This document shows, one piece after another, positions 42,229 to 51,304 of a stretch of 64,000 nt of DNA. Under the pieces are notes generated by a model. That model searched no databases. It was not told the origin of the DNA and saw only the letters and a program-made list of their open reading frames with translations. Within the stretch, counting starts at the first letter, position 1, and each line of letters starts with the position of its first letter. Made by a program: the position numbers and the translations under genes. The DNA lies in NCBI RefSeq assembly GCF_053078305.1, contig NZ_CP166879.1. One strand, given 5' to 3'.

Positions 42229-43233
42229 TTACCTTTCGAACACAGTCTGCTGTGTTGTGATTGCCCACGCTATCCGGGCTAATTTGTTGGCCAGTGCGCA
42301 ACATACTACGCTGGAGTGTTTTCTTGCCAACAACGCCCTGACCCAATCCGCCAACCTTCCTGACTGATTCTCGATTCTCTGAATAAAGGATCTTGCGCAC
42401 TGAACGAGTAACCGTCGCAGATTTTTATCTCCACGTTTACTTATCCCTAAAAGTGTATTTTTACCACCTGTGCTGTACTGCCGGGGTACCAGACCGGTTG
42501 AAGCAGCAAAGTCCCGACTGCAGCTATATTGTTTACCGTCTCCCAGCTGCGATGACAGTACGCTGGCGGTTATCGGACCAATACCGGGTATTGTCTGAAG
42601 ACGTTGTCCTACCTCATCACGACTCAGTTCCTGCTCCAGTGCGATTTCAAGCTCGGTGATCTGTCCGACAAGATAAATATAATGGGCATGTAAGCGCATC
42701 AGTAACTGCGCCAGATAGGGAGGAAGTTCGTTCTCTGCAAGTACTGTTGAAAGTCGTTTTACCACTGCGACTCCTGTCGGCATACTGATGCCAAATTCCA
42801 GCAAAAAAGCATGCATCTGATTGGTCGTTTTGACTTTATCACTGACCAATGATTCCCTGGCCCGGTGAAGCGCCCGCATGGCCTGCTGAGCTTCTGTTCG
42901 TGGTTGCACAAATCGCATGGAGGGACGAGATGCCGCTTCGCATATGGCTTCTGCATCGACAAAATCGTTCTTGTTGCTCTTAACAAAAGGGCGAACGAAC
43001 TGCGGAGAAATCAATTTTGCTTCATGACCTAAATCAGCAATCCGGCGAGCCATAAAATGAGCTCCGGCGCAGGCTTCCATCACAACGGTAGACGAGGCAC
43101 AGCCTGCCAGAAACTCAATAAGTTTGGTACGGGTAAACTTTTTACGCAGCAATACCTTGCCTGACTTATCTTGGCAGTGAATGTGAAAGGAATGCTTGCC
43201 AAGATCTATACCAATAAGCGTAATGTTTTGCAT
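42229..43233 (-). CDS. IS110-family (IS1111 group) DEDD recombinase/transposase
   Basis: ATG 43233 (GGAGAAG RBS). 334 aa; MQNITLIGIDLGKHSFHIHCQDKSGK...PQFVRPFVKSNKNDFVDAEAICEAASRPSMRFV...STGGKNTLLGISKRGDKNLRRLLVQCAR closely parallels my memory of the IS4321/IS5075 transposases. Confidence 0.85.
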   Translation of the reverse strand: MQNITLIGIDLGKHSFHIHCQDKSGKVLLRKKFTRTKLIEFLAGCASSTVVMEACAGAHFMARRIADLGHEAKLISPQFVRPFVKSNKNDFVDAEAICEAASRPSMRFVQPRTEAQQAMRALHRARESLVSDKVKTTNQMHAFLLEFGISMPTGVAVVKRLSTVLAENELPPYLAQLLMRLHAHYIYLVGQITELEIALEQELSRDEVGQRLQTIPGIGPITASVLSSQLGDGKQYSCSRDFAASTGLVPRQYSTGGKNTLLGISKRGDKNLRRLLVQCARSFIQRIENQSGRLADWVRALLARKHSSVVCCALANKLARIAWAITTQQTVFER

Positions 43234-43358
43234 GATGGTCTTCTCCATGAAAGAAAAACACTCTACTAGGGTACAGCTCACAGGGTGGTGGGGACCATCT
43301 CATTAACCATGGAAGTTGAGATCCTCAAAGAAGCGGTGGAGTATGGTCAGTCGCGAAA

Positions 43359-44240
43359 ATGGATAGCGCATGCGCCCTTGTTGCCAACGGACAAGGAATA
43401 ACCCTGGTAAGCCGTATTCTGGGCGTGTCGCGTGCGCAACTGGCACAACGGATGAAAACATCTGGTAATAAGCCGAATAAACGTCGTCGCAGATGTGATG
43501 AGGCTGCGGATGCGGAAGTGTTAGCACGTATCCTTGATATCATCAGCGATATGCCGACATATGGCTATCGTCGTGTCTGGGCCATTCTCAGACGACAGTC
43601 CCGTAACAAAGGAGTGCCGTTCGTGAATGCAAAGCGCGTTTATCGGATAATGAGCGAAAATAACCTGTTGTTGTTACATGACAAACCTTCACGACCGCAG
43701 CGGGAACATAAAGGCCGAATATCGGTGAAGGAAAGCGACCAGCGCTGGTGTTCTGATGGCTTTGAGTTCGGTTGTGATGATGGCGCAAAACTGCGTGTCA
43801 CGTTCGCACTGGACTGTTGCGATCGTGAAGCCATAGACTGGGCCGCAAGCACGGGAGGTTATGACAAAGCAACGGTGCAGGATGTCATGTTAGGAGCAAT
43901 AGAAAAACGCTTTGGCGATAAAGGAGCGGAACGGCCAATCCAGTGGCTGACTGATAACGGTTCGGCTTATACAGCTCATGAAACACGGCAGTTCGCCAGA
44001 GAGTTGAATCTGGAGCCCTGCACGACGGCAGTCAGTAGCCCTCAGAGCAATGGAATGGCAGAAAGGTTTGTGAAAACGATGAAAGAAGACTACATCGCGT
44101 TCATGCCGAAACCGAATGTAAGAACGGCATTGCATAACCTTGCAGTGGCGATCGAGCATTACAATGAACCCCATCCGCATAGTGCGTTAGGTTATCTCTC
44201 ACCAAGGGAATATCGACGTCTGCGGGTAACGTCAACTTAA
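43359..44240 (+). CDS. IS2-like orfB (InsD-like DDE transposase)
   Basis: 293 aa collinear with IS2 InsD ([82 protein letters not shown]). In the -1 frame relative to the orfA end. Confidence 0.85.
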   Translation: MDSACALVANGQGITLVSRILGVSRAQLAQRMKTSGNKPNKRRRRCDEAADAEVLARILDIISDMPTYGYRRVWAILRRQSRNKGVPFVNAKRVYRIMSENNLLLLHDKPSRPQREHKGRISVKESDQRWCSDGFEFGCDDGAKLRVTFALDCCDREAIDWAASTGGYDKATVQDVMLGAIEKRFGDKGAERPIQWLTDNGSAYTAHETRQFARELNLEPCTTAVSSPQSNGMAERFVKTMKEDYIAFMPKPNVRTALHNLAVAIEHYNEPHPHSALGYLSPREYRRLRVTST

Positions 44241-44272
44241 GATACAACGACTGTCTGAATATCGTGGGTCAA

Positions 44273-46276
44273 GGACAGTTTTTTCCTGCGTGTAAATCAA
44301 TAAATGCTGTTGTATCACCGAACAGAATATTTGAACTGTCTGACTGAATGTCACCTTTTACATCTGCGTTGCGACCGACAGAAAAGTCACTATTTTCAAG
44401 ATATAATGTACCGAATCTGAAAGTGCCATTTTCCCAGTCTGGCTGAGATAAATCAGATACAGTGTTACTGGTTTTATGGATATTACCACTCTGTCTTGCA
44501 ATATCTGCTTCTGTTTTCTGAATTTCGGCGACATAGTCTCTGCCACATAAGAAGCGTATTGGAGCAGGCAGTGAACAGGAGAAATTTCCATCACGGTAAA
44601 TAGCGTGTTCAGTGGCATGTCCCTGCATGGTCAGTTGTGTATTCCGCAGCCTTATATCATTTTGGATATTTATTTCACCATCGAGAATAAGACGATTATT
44701 TTCCTTTTTGGTCTCATGCTGCTGAATTATCGCCACGTTTCCATTTATTTTTCCATGATAGATATAATTAGTATTATTTTTCAGGAATAATTTTGCTTCT
44801 TTATCTGCTGTGTTTGTTATTACAGCGCCTGAATCAGTTGCAGCAATTTTATTGAAAGACTGGTCGTAACCATTCAGGTCAAGCGTACCTCCATTTCTGG
44901 TGAAGAAAATCCCGTTATACTCACCTTCGGACAGTGCTTTTTCTGCATTCAGTTTTACTGTTCCATTGCCGCCAGCCATATAGATATTATTGAAAGCATT
45001 TGTAGCACTGAGATTTACTGTACCATCCCCTGTTTTTAGATTTCCTCCCTAGGAGACCTTCACATTGAGTGTACCTGCACCTATTTTATGAAGGTTATCG
45101 TTTGTCGTGCCTTTCAGGAACCAGTCAACAGTCGAATTTTCACCAATATCAATACCTGCACCAGTATAGATAATATTATCTCCTGTGACAGTATATTTAT
45201 GTCCTTTATCAAAGACAAGTCCGCCACTACCGAGATTAAGATTACTGGTTATGTTCAGTGTTCCCCCACCATGAATAACATTATCTTTATTATTCGAGAG
45301 GGACGTCTGAGATAATTGATTTCCGTTCAGGATAATATCCTGAGAGTATTTTTTCTTTAAATTGTCAACGGTAGTCTGATTCCAGCGGTTTACTGCCGAA
45401 CGAACATTACCGTTGCCATAAATATATTCATCATAAAGAGTACCAAGCACAACCCATTTTTTCTATATTGTCATACAGCAAAAATGGCGATCCGCTGTCA
45501 CCGGAAGTTGTACGATTTCCAAACTCATCAAAAAGGTTATGTGTCGTAATATGTCCGGACCTCCAGTCATCCACGAGCACAAATGAACCATTCAGTAACT
45601 CAGGGACATATGAGACATCTTTGTAATTTATAGTCTTTCCACTTTTCTGTAGTGCCAGGTAACCAGAACCGGCTCTGAAAGCAATTAATTTCTTCTCTCC
45701 TTTAAAATTAATGCCATATCGTTCAATAGCTTGTTCCTTAGTCAGTGACGTATTTGCTCCGGAAACAATCCCTTTTGTTTCCACAACATATTTATTCAGT
45801 CGTGTGACGGCAAAGTCATTACTCGTGTTCCTGTCAACATACTTATAATTTGTTTGCCCCCATGACTGGGTGGCAATGGCATGATGCGTTATTTGATTAT
45901 GTGTCGCGGTAACACTATAAGCGCCGCCAATGGATGTGGATGCTCCTTTGTTTGATACAGGCGAAAAATCGGGGAATGGTACTTCAGGTAATCTATAAAC
46001 AGAACCATCCTTTTTTATAATAGAAATATTTTCATTACCTGCAGTAAATACGCCTTTATTCTGGGCAAAATCAAGATAATCCCGAATATAAAAATTATCA
46101 ATCCACATGTGCGATGCCATTGAGCTTGTAGCAAACAGCATTCCAGCAGGAACCACGATAACAGGTGCCAGTCTGATCTTTTTTCCTGATGCAGTAGTAA
46201 CTCTTTTGGTCAATTCAGAAACGGCAACCAGCCCCCCGGTGATTGCACTGAACTTTAGAGAATAAATTTTGTTCAT
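44273..46276 (-). pseudogene. serine protease autotransporter (SPATE) pseudogene: N-terminal ~650 codons, frameshifted, truncated by the IS2-like element
   Basis: MNKIYSLKFSAITGGLVAVSELTKRV extended signal peptide and S6 peptidase with GDSGSPFLLYD (ORF 45431-46276). It continues in two other frames (45049-45450; 44269-44979 with LTMQGHATEHAIYRDG). The beta-barrel translocator is absent. Confidence 0.85.
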
Positions 46277-46880
46277 ACCTAACTACCTGTCTCTTTTAAG
46301 CATTCAAATCAATTCAAATTCTACTGTTTACACACAGTGACCAGTAGTCAGGTAATAGTAACCATGAATTTGTTTTAATAACATATGGTTACAGTAAAAA
46401 AGCGTAAACTGAGATCCATCTGTGACCATTAAGCCAGTGTTGGTAACGCAAGTGCCCGCCTTTTCAATTCAGTTGTGGATACTTTGTTACAAAGTATCGT
46501 GAATTTGCCAGACGGTTATGGCGGGCCTTACTTCCCGCGTACTTCCCGGCTTTGTGCAAAAAAGATGATTCGGTCGGGGTTCAGACTGCGCCCGTACATT
46601 TGACTTCTTTTTTGCAGTTTTTCTGCAGAGCCATGATGGATATCTGAACATCAGCCCCTTACAGGCCTTATGGCCTTTGATGGTAGTCGTATACACCAGA
46701 TTATGCAGATATCATGTGCATCACACTCAGGTTAGCGGAATGAAAAAGTGACCGTTGATTATAGTGAGCACGTCTCCGGTATTCCGCGACGAATGTTCAC
46801 GTGGTGGCATGAACGGTCCGGAAACGTGCTCTTCTGATTTTTAACGTAAATTTGCACTAAAGGCAACTCAGATACGGCCT

Positions 46881-47456
46881 TCACCGTATACAGGAGAATG
46901 CCGTCGTGACCCGCTTCACGCCACTCACCCTACTGGCAATATCTGCTGCCGCTCGCCCTTCCTGCTCTGTAACCAGGCCCAGTAAAAAGACTTCGCTGTT
47001 TTCTGTCACCACCTTGACACTGGATGATTTGACACGGGCACTTGTGAGTAACTGAGAACGAATTTTTGTCGTGAGCCAGGCATCACCAGCCATTATGACC
47101 GGACTGACGGGAGTCCCCTGCCGGATTTCATTATAGACCTCCTTAACACCATCGACACCGAGTGCTATCTGACGGGCACGGGCAGATAATTCACGGTCCG
47201 GAGACTGACCGATCAGCAGCACGCGTCCCTGATATGCAATCTCACTGATGCGTGCTTCTTTTCTGATTTGTTCATCTTTTGAAAGTGCACTGCTGACCCT
47301 CAGCTCCAGCACTTCATCATCCACCTGCGTTCCGACACTGCGTGGGTCGGTTGCAGCCTTTGTCCCGACAGCAGCTGTACCCACCACAGCGGCAGCCACG
47401 CACCCCTGTAACAATAAGGCTGAAGTAAGGACAACAGCAGAATATAATAAACGCAT
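46881..47456 (-). CDS. DolP/YraP-like dual-BON-domain outer-membrane lipoprotein (divergent paralogue)
   Basis: 191 aa; lipobox LLQGC. CVAAAVVGTAAVGTKAATDPRSVGTQVDD... and ...AAADIASRVSGVKRVTTAF match my memory of E. coli DolP, but with many substitutions elsewhere. Confidence 0.8.
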   Translation of the reverse strand: MRLLYSAVVLTSALLLQGCVAAAVVGTAAVGTKAATDPRSVGTQVDDEVLELRVSSALSKDEQIRKEARISEIAYQGRVLLIGQSPDRELSARARQIALGVDGVKEVYNEIRQGTPVSPVIMAGDAWLTTKIRSQLLTSARVKSSSVKVVTENSEVFLLGLVTEQEGRAAADIASRVSGVKRVTTAFSCIR

Positions 47457-47731
47457 ATCTCCCCCGGAATTTATCGTACAAAAAGTTTACCTTCAGTGAA
47501 ACAAAACAAGCTACGGACTGTTATTCTCCTCCGCCCCAGCCGGAAACAGCGGATACGTTACGTGGCATATCTGTATCTGCCAGACGGAAATGTTTATGCC
47601 GGATATGGATGTACTGAAATTTAATATTGATCATGTTTTTTGCACGAAAACTTTGATATCGCCGTAAAGATTCTGTTTTTTTAACTACCTGGTTTGCTGA
47701 ACAGGATCTCCTTTTTCGTTATACACAGGCT

Positions 47732-47762
47732 AAAAGGCACCGTGGAGCCCCCGGTGCCTTTT
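47732..47762 (-). terminator. bidirectional intrinsic terminator downstream of the ydcH-like gene
   Basis: AAAAGGCACCG-N9-CGGTGCCTTTT: 11-bp stem flanked by A-run and T-run, 44 nt after the stop at 47806. Confidence 0.7.
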
Positions 47763-47805
47763 TCATAAAACAGAGAAAACACGGCTTTGAATATACCGTT
47801 TATGA

Positions 47806-48033
47806 TTACCGTTCGCCCTTTTCTGACTCATCTTCAAGGAGTTTCTGGATTTCTCTTTTGATCTCAAGTTTTTCAAGCTTCAGCCTGACCACTTTCGTCG
47901 AATACGCTGAACCAAACTCATCTTCAATTCTTTTTATTTCGTGATCAAGTTTATTATGCTTTTCAAATAAAGAATCAAAGCGTTTATGATTTCCTTTCAA
48001 TGCTGAAATCAGTTCTCTGTACTCCGGGAACAT
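47806..48033 (-). CDS. YdcH-family (DUF465) small protein
   Basis: 75 aa; MFPEYRELISALKGNHKRFDSLFEKHNKLDHEI...VVRLKLEKLEIKREI parallels E. coli YdcH. Confidence 0.8.
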   Translation of the reverse strand: MFPEYRELISALKGNHKRFDSLFEKHNKLDHEIKRIEDEFGSAYSTKVVRLKLEKLEIKREIQKLLEDESEKGER

Positions 48034-48150
48034 TGTTTTTATCTCCTTTCAACAACACTGTAACAACAAATATAAACATTAATATTATTAAAGATTCTCA
48101 CCATCAGTATTCGCAGTGAATAATGCAGCGTCTCATATTCATACCCTGCA

Positions 48151-48322
48151 GAGAAAACCCCTCCGAAGAGGGGCGAGTGTAGCGTAATGGAGTGTTATGT
48201 AGCATGGTGCCGGGTGCCTCCCGGTGAGTTCAGTATCAGCACCTGAACCCGCACAGATAAGGGATGTGACCAAACACCTACGATACTGATATGCCCCGCC
48301 GCTCAGGGGGATTCACCATGCA
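48151..48322 (-). ncRNA. candidate structured sRNA, copy 1 (unrecognised family)
   Basis: Minus strand: promoter-like TTGTCG (48352-48357), 17-nt spacer, TTAAAA (48329-48334). 5' GCAUGGUG (48321-48314) pairs with CACCAUGC (48209-48202). Internal hairpins. Terminator CCCCUC-UUCG-GAGGGG (48173-48158) plus UUUUCUC. Confidence 0.45.
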
Positions 48323-48610
48323 TTATTTTTTTAACAAATATCCCGTAAGACCGACAATAATCCACTGACTGAACTGTGAAGTATTTAACATTTACCGATA
48401 AAAAGCTGCAGCTGCAGTGGAAAAATACGAAATCACATCATGCCCGATTGCTGACTCGCATCCTGCCAATCGAACGTCGGGCGAACAACTGATCGAATAC
48501 ATCGGAATCCGCAGACAAAAAGCACTGCAGTCTCACGACTGTGCGTTATATATGTCAGCGCCTGTAATATAAGACGGTAATGGGGTCAAAAATCGTGGCG
48601 TTGGCATATA

Positions 48611-48770
48611 CAAAACAAAACGCCCCTCCGTAGAGGGGCTGACGCTGCGTATCTGTATCATCATGCGCATGGTGCCGGGTGCCTCCCGGTGAACAAACCG
48701 TTCGTGATACCAGTCAGCAACATAGGAAATTAATGGTATCACCCCACCGCACAGGGGGATTCACCATGCC
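48611..48770 (-). ncRNA. candidate structured sRNA, copy 2 (paralogue of copy 1)
   Basis: Same architecture as copy 1: TTGTCC (48800-48805), 17-nt spacer, CTAAAA (48777-48782). Closing stem 48769-48762 / 48674-48667. Central stem 48704-48712 / 48734-48742. Terminator GCCCCUC-UACG-GAGGGGC (48639-48622) plus GUUUUGUUUUG. Confidence 0.45.
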
Positions 48771-49171
48771 TGCCTTTTTTAGCAAATTCATCAGAAACCG
48801 GACAACATGCTTATTTATGAAATGAGGTGCTTTTCACATTTATATAAAATCATTATAACGATAATCCTAAAAATCAATGTAATTATCATCTTCAGTAACT
48901 TTCTGTATTACACCATACGGAAATTGATTTTTGACGGTAAAGATACAAGGGGAAGTATGTCTGTAAGGAGTACCCTGAATAATGGACAGGCATGCATCGT
49001 GGCTGTTCCCCTGAAATTATCAGTACAACCAGTCAGCTCATAATCCCTGTCTCTTTTTCCGGGGAGCCCTCAGGGGGACTTTCCCTTATCCCCCCAGTTT
49101 CTGGAGAGACGTAAAAAAGAATTAATCATATGTCAGGTATCTGAATATGTCCCGTAATTAATATATTTACG

Positions 49172-50263
49172 TCAGGATTTTTTCTGCCCGCCAGGAGTAT
49201 GAACATCTTCCGCCGTTGAGTCTGTCATATCCATTTTTTTCTGTGCCAGTACTTCATCTGATTTTTCTTTTTCCAGACTCTCCTGCTGCATCCCGTGAGC
49301 CGGAGCATATACAAGCTCAGCCATCACTGGAAAATGATCTGAACCCATATCCGGTAAACGGCGTAAACTTTTAAGCAGAAAATGCTGGCTGTGAAATACA
49401 TGGTCAAGCGGCCATCGCAGGAAAAAATAATGGCTGTGAAACGTGCTAAAAAAACCACGTCCCCGGCGTGGATTCAGCAGTCCACTTATTTTCATGAATA
49501 AACGAGTGGTCGCAGACCACGCAACATCATTCAGATCCCCCGCTAATATTACAGGTAATTCAGAATCTGCAACACTTTTCCCGACCATTAAAAGTTCTGA
49601 GTCACGATCAGTTGACTCATCACTTTCAGTCGGGCTCGGTGGAACAGGATGAAAACAATGTAATCTTATTCTCTGACCTTCCGGCATATGAACTATCATA
49701 TGCATGGAGGGAATTTCCTTGTCCACTAAATACTGTATTTCTGCATCACTTAAAATCATCCTTGAATATACATGCATGCCATATAAATTTTCTTTCGGGC
49801 ATTTCAGGGAGTATGGAAACACTTCATCCAGAGGTGATAGTTTCTGTTCCCACCATAAGTTTGTTTCAAGAAGAACAAGTATATCAGGTTTTTCTTTATT
49901 TATAAGTTCAAGCAAAGGCATATATTTTTTATTGGTCATAAGGACATTGAATACCAGTATACTTAAACCCGGAAATCCATCAGAGTCCTTTATTTCCTTT
50001 ACCTGCTTCTTGCCAATTACTGTATAAGGAATTATCCATACCAACTGGTAAGCGACACAAATTAAACTTATTATCACAACAAACAACTCTGCAAATGAGT
50101 CAAGAAAAACAACAGACAGAAAAACATTCAAAGTACACAGCAAAAGTATCTGTAGTCGGGGAAAATCCCATACCCTGACAACCCATGATGTATTACCGGA
50201 AACAGGGATAAAAGTTATGACTGCCAGAAGGATAGCAGTAAAAATAAAAACACAAGTTATCAC
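49172..50263 (-). CDS. membrane-anchored endonuclease/exonuclease/phosphatase (EEP) family protein
   Basis: 363 aa. Three N-terminal TM helices, then EEP-fold blocks (ILVFNVLMTN, DILVLLETN, ILAGDLNDVAWS, GSDHFPV). Confidence 0.75.
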   Translation of the reverse strand: MITCVFIFTAILLAVITFIPVSGNTSWVVRVWDFPRLQILLLCTLNVFLSVVFLDSFAELFVVIISLICVAYQLVWIIPYTVIGKKQVKEIKDSDGFPGLSILVFNVLMTNKKYMPLLELINKEKPDILVLLETNLWWEQKLSPLDEVFPYSLKCPKENLYGMHVYSRMILSDAEIQYLVDKEIPSMHMIVHMPEGQRIRLHCFHPVPPSPTESDESTDRDSELLMVGKSVADSELPVILAGDLNDVAWSATTRLFMKISGLLNPRRGRGFFSTFHSHYFFLRWPLDHVFHSQHFLLKSLRRLPDMGSDHFPVMAELVYAPAHGMQQESLEKEKSDEVLAQKKMDMTDSTAEDVHTPGGQKKS

Positions 50264-50433
50264 AAATCACTCCTTGTTCTGAACCGGCACACAAAACTGT
50301 CATATACGTTTCAAAAGTAAAAACACACTGCTGCCACAAGATTCACGACGTAACCGGGCAGCATATCCTGATTACGGACAATCCATGAAACCGCCTCGCC
50401 AGAAGCGTCCATCACATCCGGTTTTTCCCTGTT

Positions 50434-50529
50434 TTATATTCCACGAACCATTTTATTTTCAGGAATCTCCGGGCCTTTATCCCGCATCATATACACAGCT
50501 ATGACAACCCGCTCTTCTGCAGTCATCAT
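50434..50529 (-). CDS. possible 31-aa ORF translationally coupled to the upstream small membrane protein
   Basis: ATGA overlap with the stop of 50526-50714; MMTAEERVVIAVYMMRDKGPEIPENKMVRGI*. Below the ORF-track threshold; no other support. Confidence 0.25.
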   Translation of the reverse strand: MMTAEERVVIAVYMMRDKGPEIPENKMVRGI

Positions 50530-50714
50530 TTCCCCGTGGCTTCGCGGATTTTCTGTTCCGTCTTATACTGCGAAAGCGCATACACAGCCCATATTGTTGC
50601 CGGTATCCAGCCCAGCAGCGTTATCTGTAACACCAGACAAAAAATCCCCGTCAGAGGCCGGCCAATGGTGAAAAAAGTCAGCCAGGGAAGAAGAAAAGCA
50701 ATCAACAGACGCAT
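50526..50714 (-). CDS. small two-TM membrane protein (Pmp3/YqaE-like or superinfection-immunity-like)
   Basis: 62 aa; two hydrophobic helices with LLGWIPATIWAVYAL, resembling the LLGYIPG..HA.Y motif of Pmp3/YqaE proteolipids. Confidence 0.55.
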   Translation of the reverse strand: MRLLIAFLLPWLTFFTIGRPLTGIFCLVLQITLLGWIPATIWAVYALSQYKTEQKIREATGK

Positions 50715-50788
50715 AAAAACTCCTTATGATTATGAAATTAACGAATCAGAGGCTGCGTTTAACATTACCGGAAATAAGCTGTCCTGCT

Positions 50789-51304
50789 TCACAACCTCCC
50801 TTTTCTGACCAGAAGCATCCCCTTGTACAACAACTCAACTTCATTATGTACCCGTAACCTCTTTATCAGATTCTGCTTATGAGTGGAGAATGTTTTCTCT
50901 GACATGCCAAGATATCGTGCCCCCTCTGTTCCGTTACTGCCATAAAGCAGCATCATCAGTACATTTACCTGCCGGCCTGACAGGGTCAGCTTCTCCACCG
51001 ACATGAATGCGCGGTACAGATGACTGATATCGTTTACTGAACATCGCTCAGTAAGATGTCTGATATCATAAACCGGACTGTCAACCACTCCCCAGAGAAA
51101 ACGGAGCGCTTCCGGAGAAGAAAAATAAAGGGTGTTCGTATCACTTATATTATTCTTATACAGAAAGCCGACAATTTCAGATATCCGGGAAGAAGATATT
51201 ATCACCACATTATCTGTCTGCATGCCGCTGATAATGAATTTACCGGGATTAATATACTCCTTCACTCCCTCCAGAAAATAACTGTTATCACAAATAAAAC
51301 GCAT
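50789..51304 (-). CDS. LuxR/GerE-type HTH transcriptional regulator
   Basis: 171 aa; C-terminal LSGRQVNVLMMLLYGSNGTEGARYLGMSEKTFSTHKQNLIKRLRV. No receiver-domain phospho-acceptor pattern noticed. Confidence 0.75.
   Translation of the reverse strand: MRFICDNSYFLEGVKEYINPGKFIISGMQTDNVVIISSSRISEIVGFLYKNNISDTNTLYFSSPEALRFLWGVVDSPVYDIRHLTERCSVNDISHLYRAFMSVEKLTLSGRQVNVLMMLLYGSNGTEGARYLGMSEKTFSTHKQNLIKRLRVHNEVELLYKGMLLVRKGRL

Larger units (their letters stand above)
41962..43311 (-). mobile_element. IS1111-group (IS4321/IS5075-like) IS110-family element nested in the IS2-like orfA
   Basis: 1350-bp insert between the two halves of orfA. Subterminal inverted repeat TGGTCCCCACC (41960-41970) / GGTGGGGACCA (43287-43297). 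The long non-coding end lies 3' of the recombinase gene. Confidence 0.8.
41683..43401 (+). pseudogene. IS2-like orfA (InsC-like) split by IS insertion
   Basis: [41 protein letters not shown]...[13 protein letters not shown] (to 41961) resumes at 43312 with [29 protein letters not shown] (stop 43399-43401). Confidence 0.8.
41591..44272 (+). mobile_element. IS2-like (IS3-family) element, interrupted by another IS; ends approximate
   Basis: Subterminal inverted repeats CAGACAGTGGATGTATCTTAA (41613-41633) and TTAAGATACAACGACTGTCTG (44237-44257). orfA/orfB are collinear with IS2 InsC/InsD. Length minus the 1350-bp insert is ~1.33 kb, like IS2. Confidence 0.8.

Noticed and set aside
48202-48321. 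Structured element as a tRNA-like gene, a known riboswitch, or a plus-strand RNA ending in the T-run at 48326-48332
   Set aside because: There is no T-loop or D-loop and no cloverleaf geometry. I could not fit glycine, ZTP, cobalamin, Moco or Mn riboswitch cores. The GC hairpins with UNCG loops and U-tails, and the conserved -35/-10-like block, make sense only on the minus strand. The plus-strand T-run coincides with that promoter's A-rich -10 region.
48202-48769. The units as ERIC/IRU or MITE copies
   Set aside because: This is not fully excluded. The 3' arm CAGGGGGATTCAC resembles the ERIC core (…CTGGGGATTCAC). However, the ends are not long terminal inverted repeats, the rest does not resemble what I recall of ERIC, and each unit has its own promoter-like and terminator elements. 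It is kept as a caveat in the finding.
48533-49043. ORFs 48533-48742 (minus, 69 aa) and 48807-49043 (plus, 78 aa)
   Set aside because: The first runs straight through the structured unit and its terminator. The second is an Ile/Phe-rich AT-rich translation without an RBS. Only its last 28 codons (MSVRSTLNNGQACIVAVPLKLSVQPVSS, RBS AAGGGGAAG) might be real, and that is unsupported.
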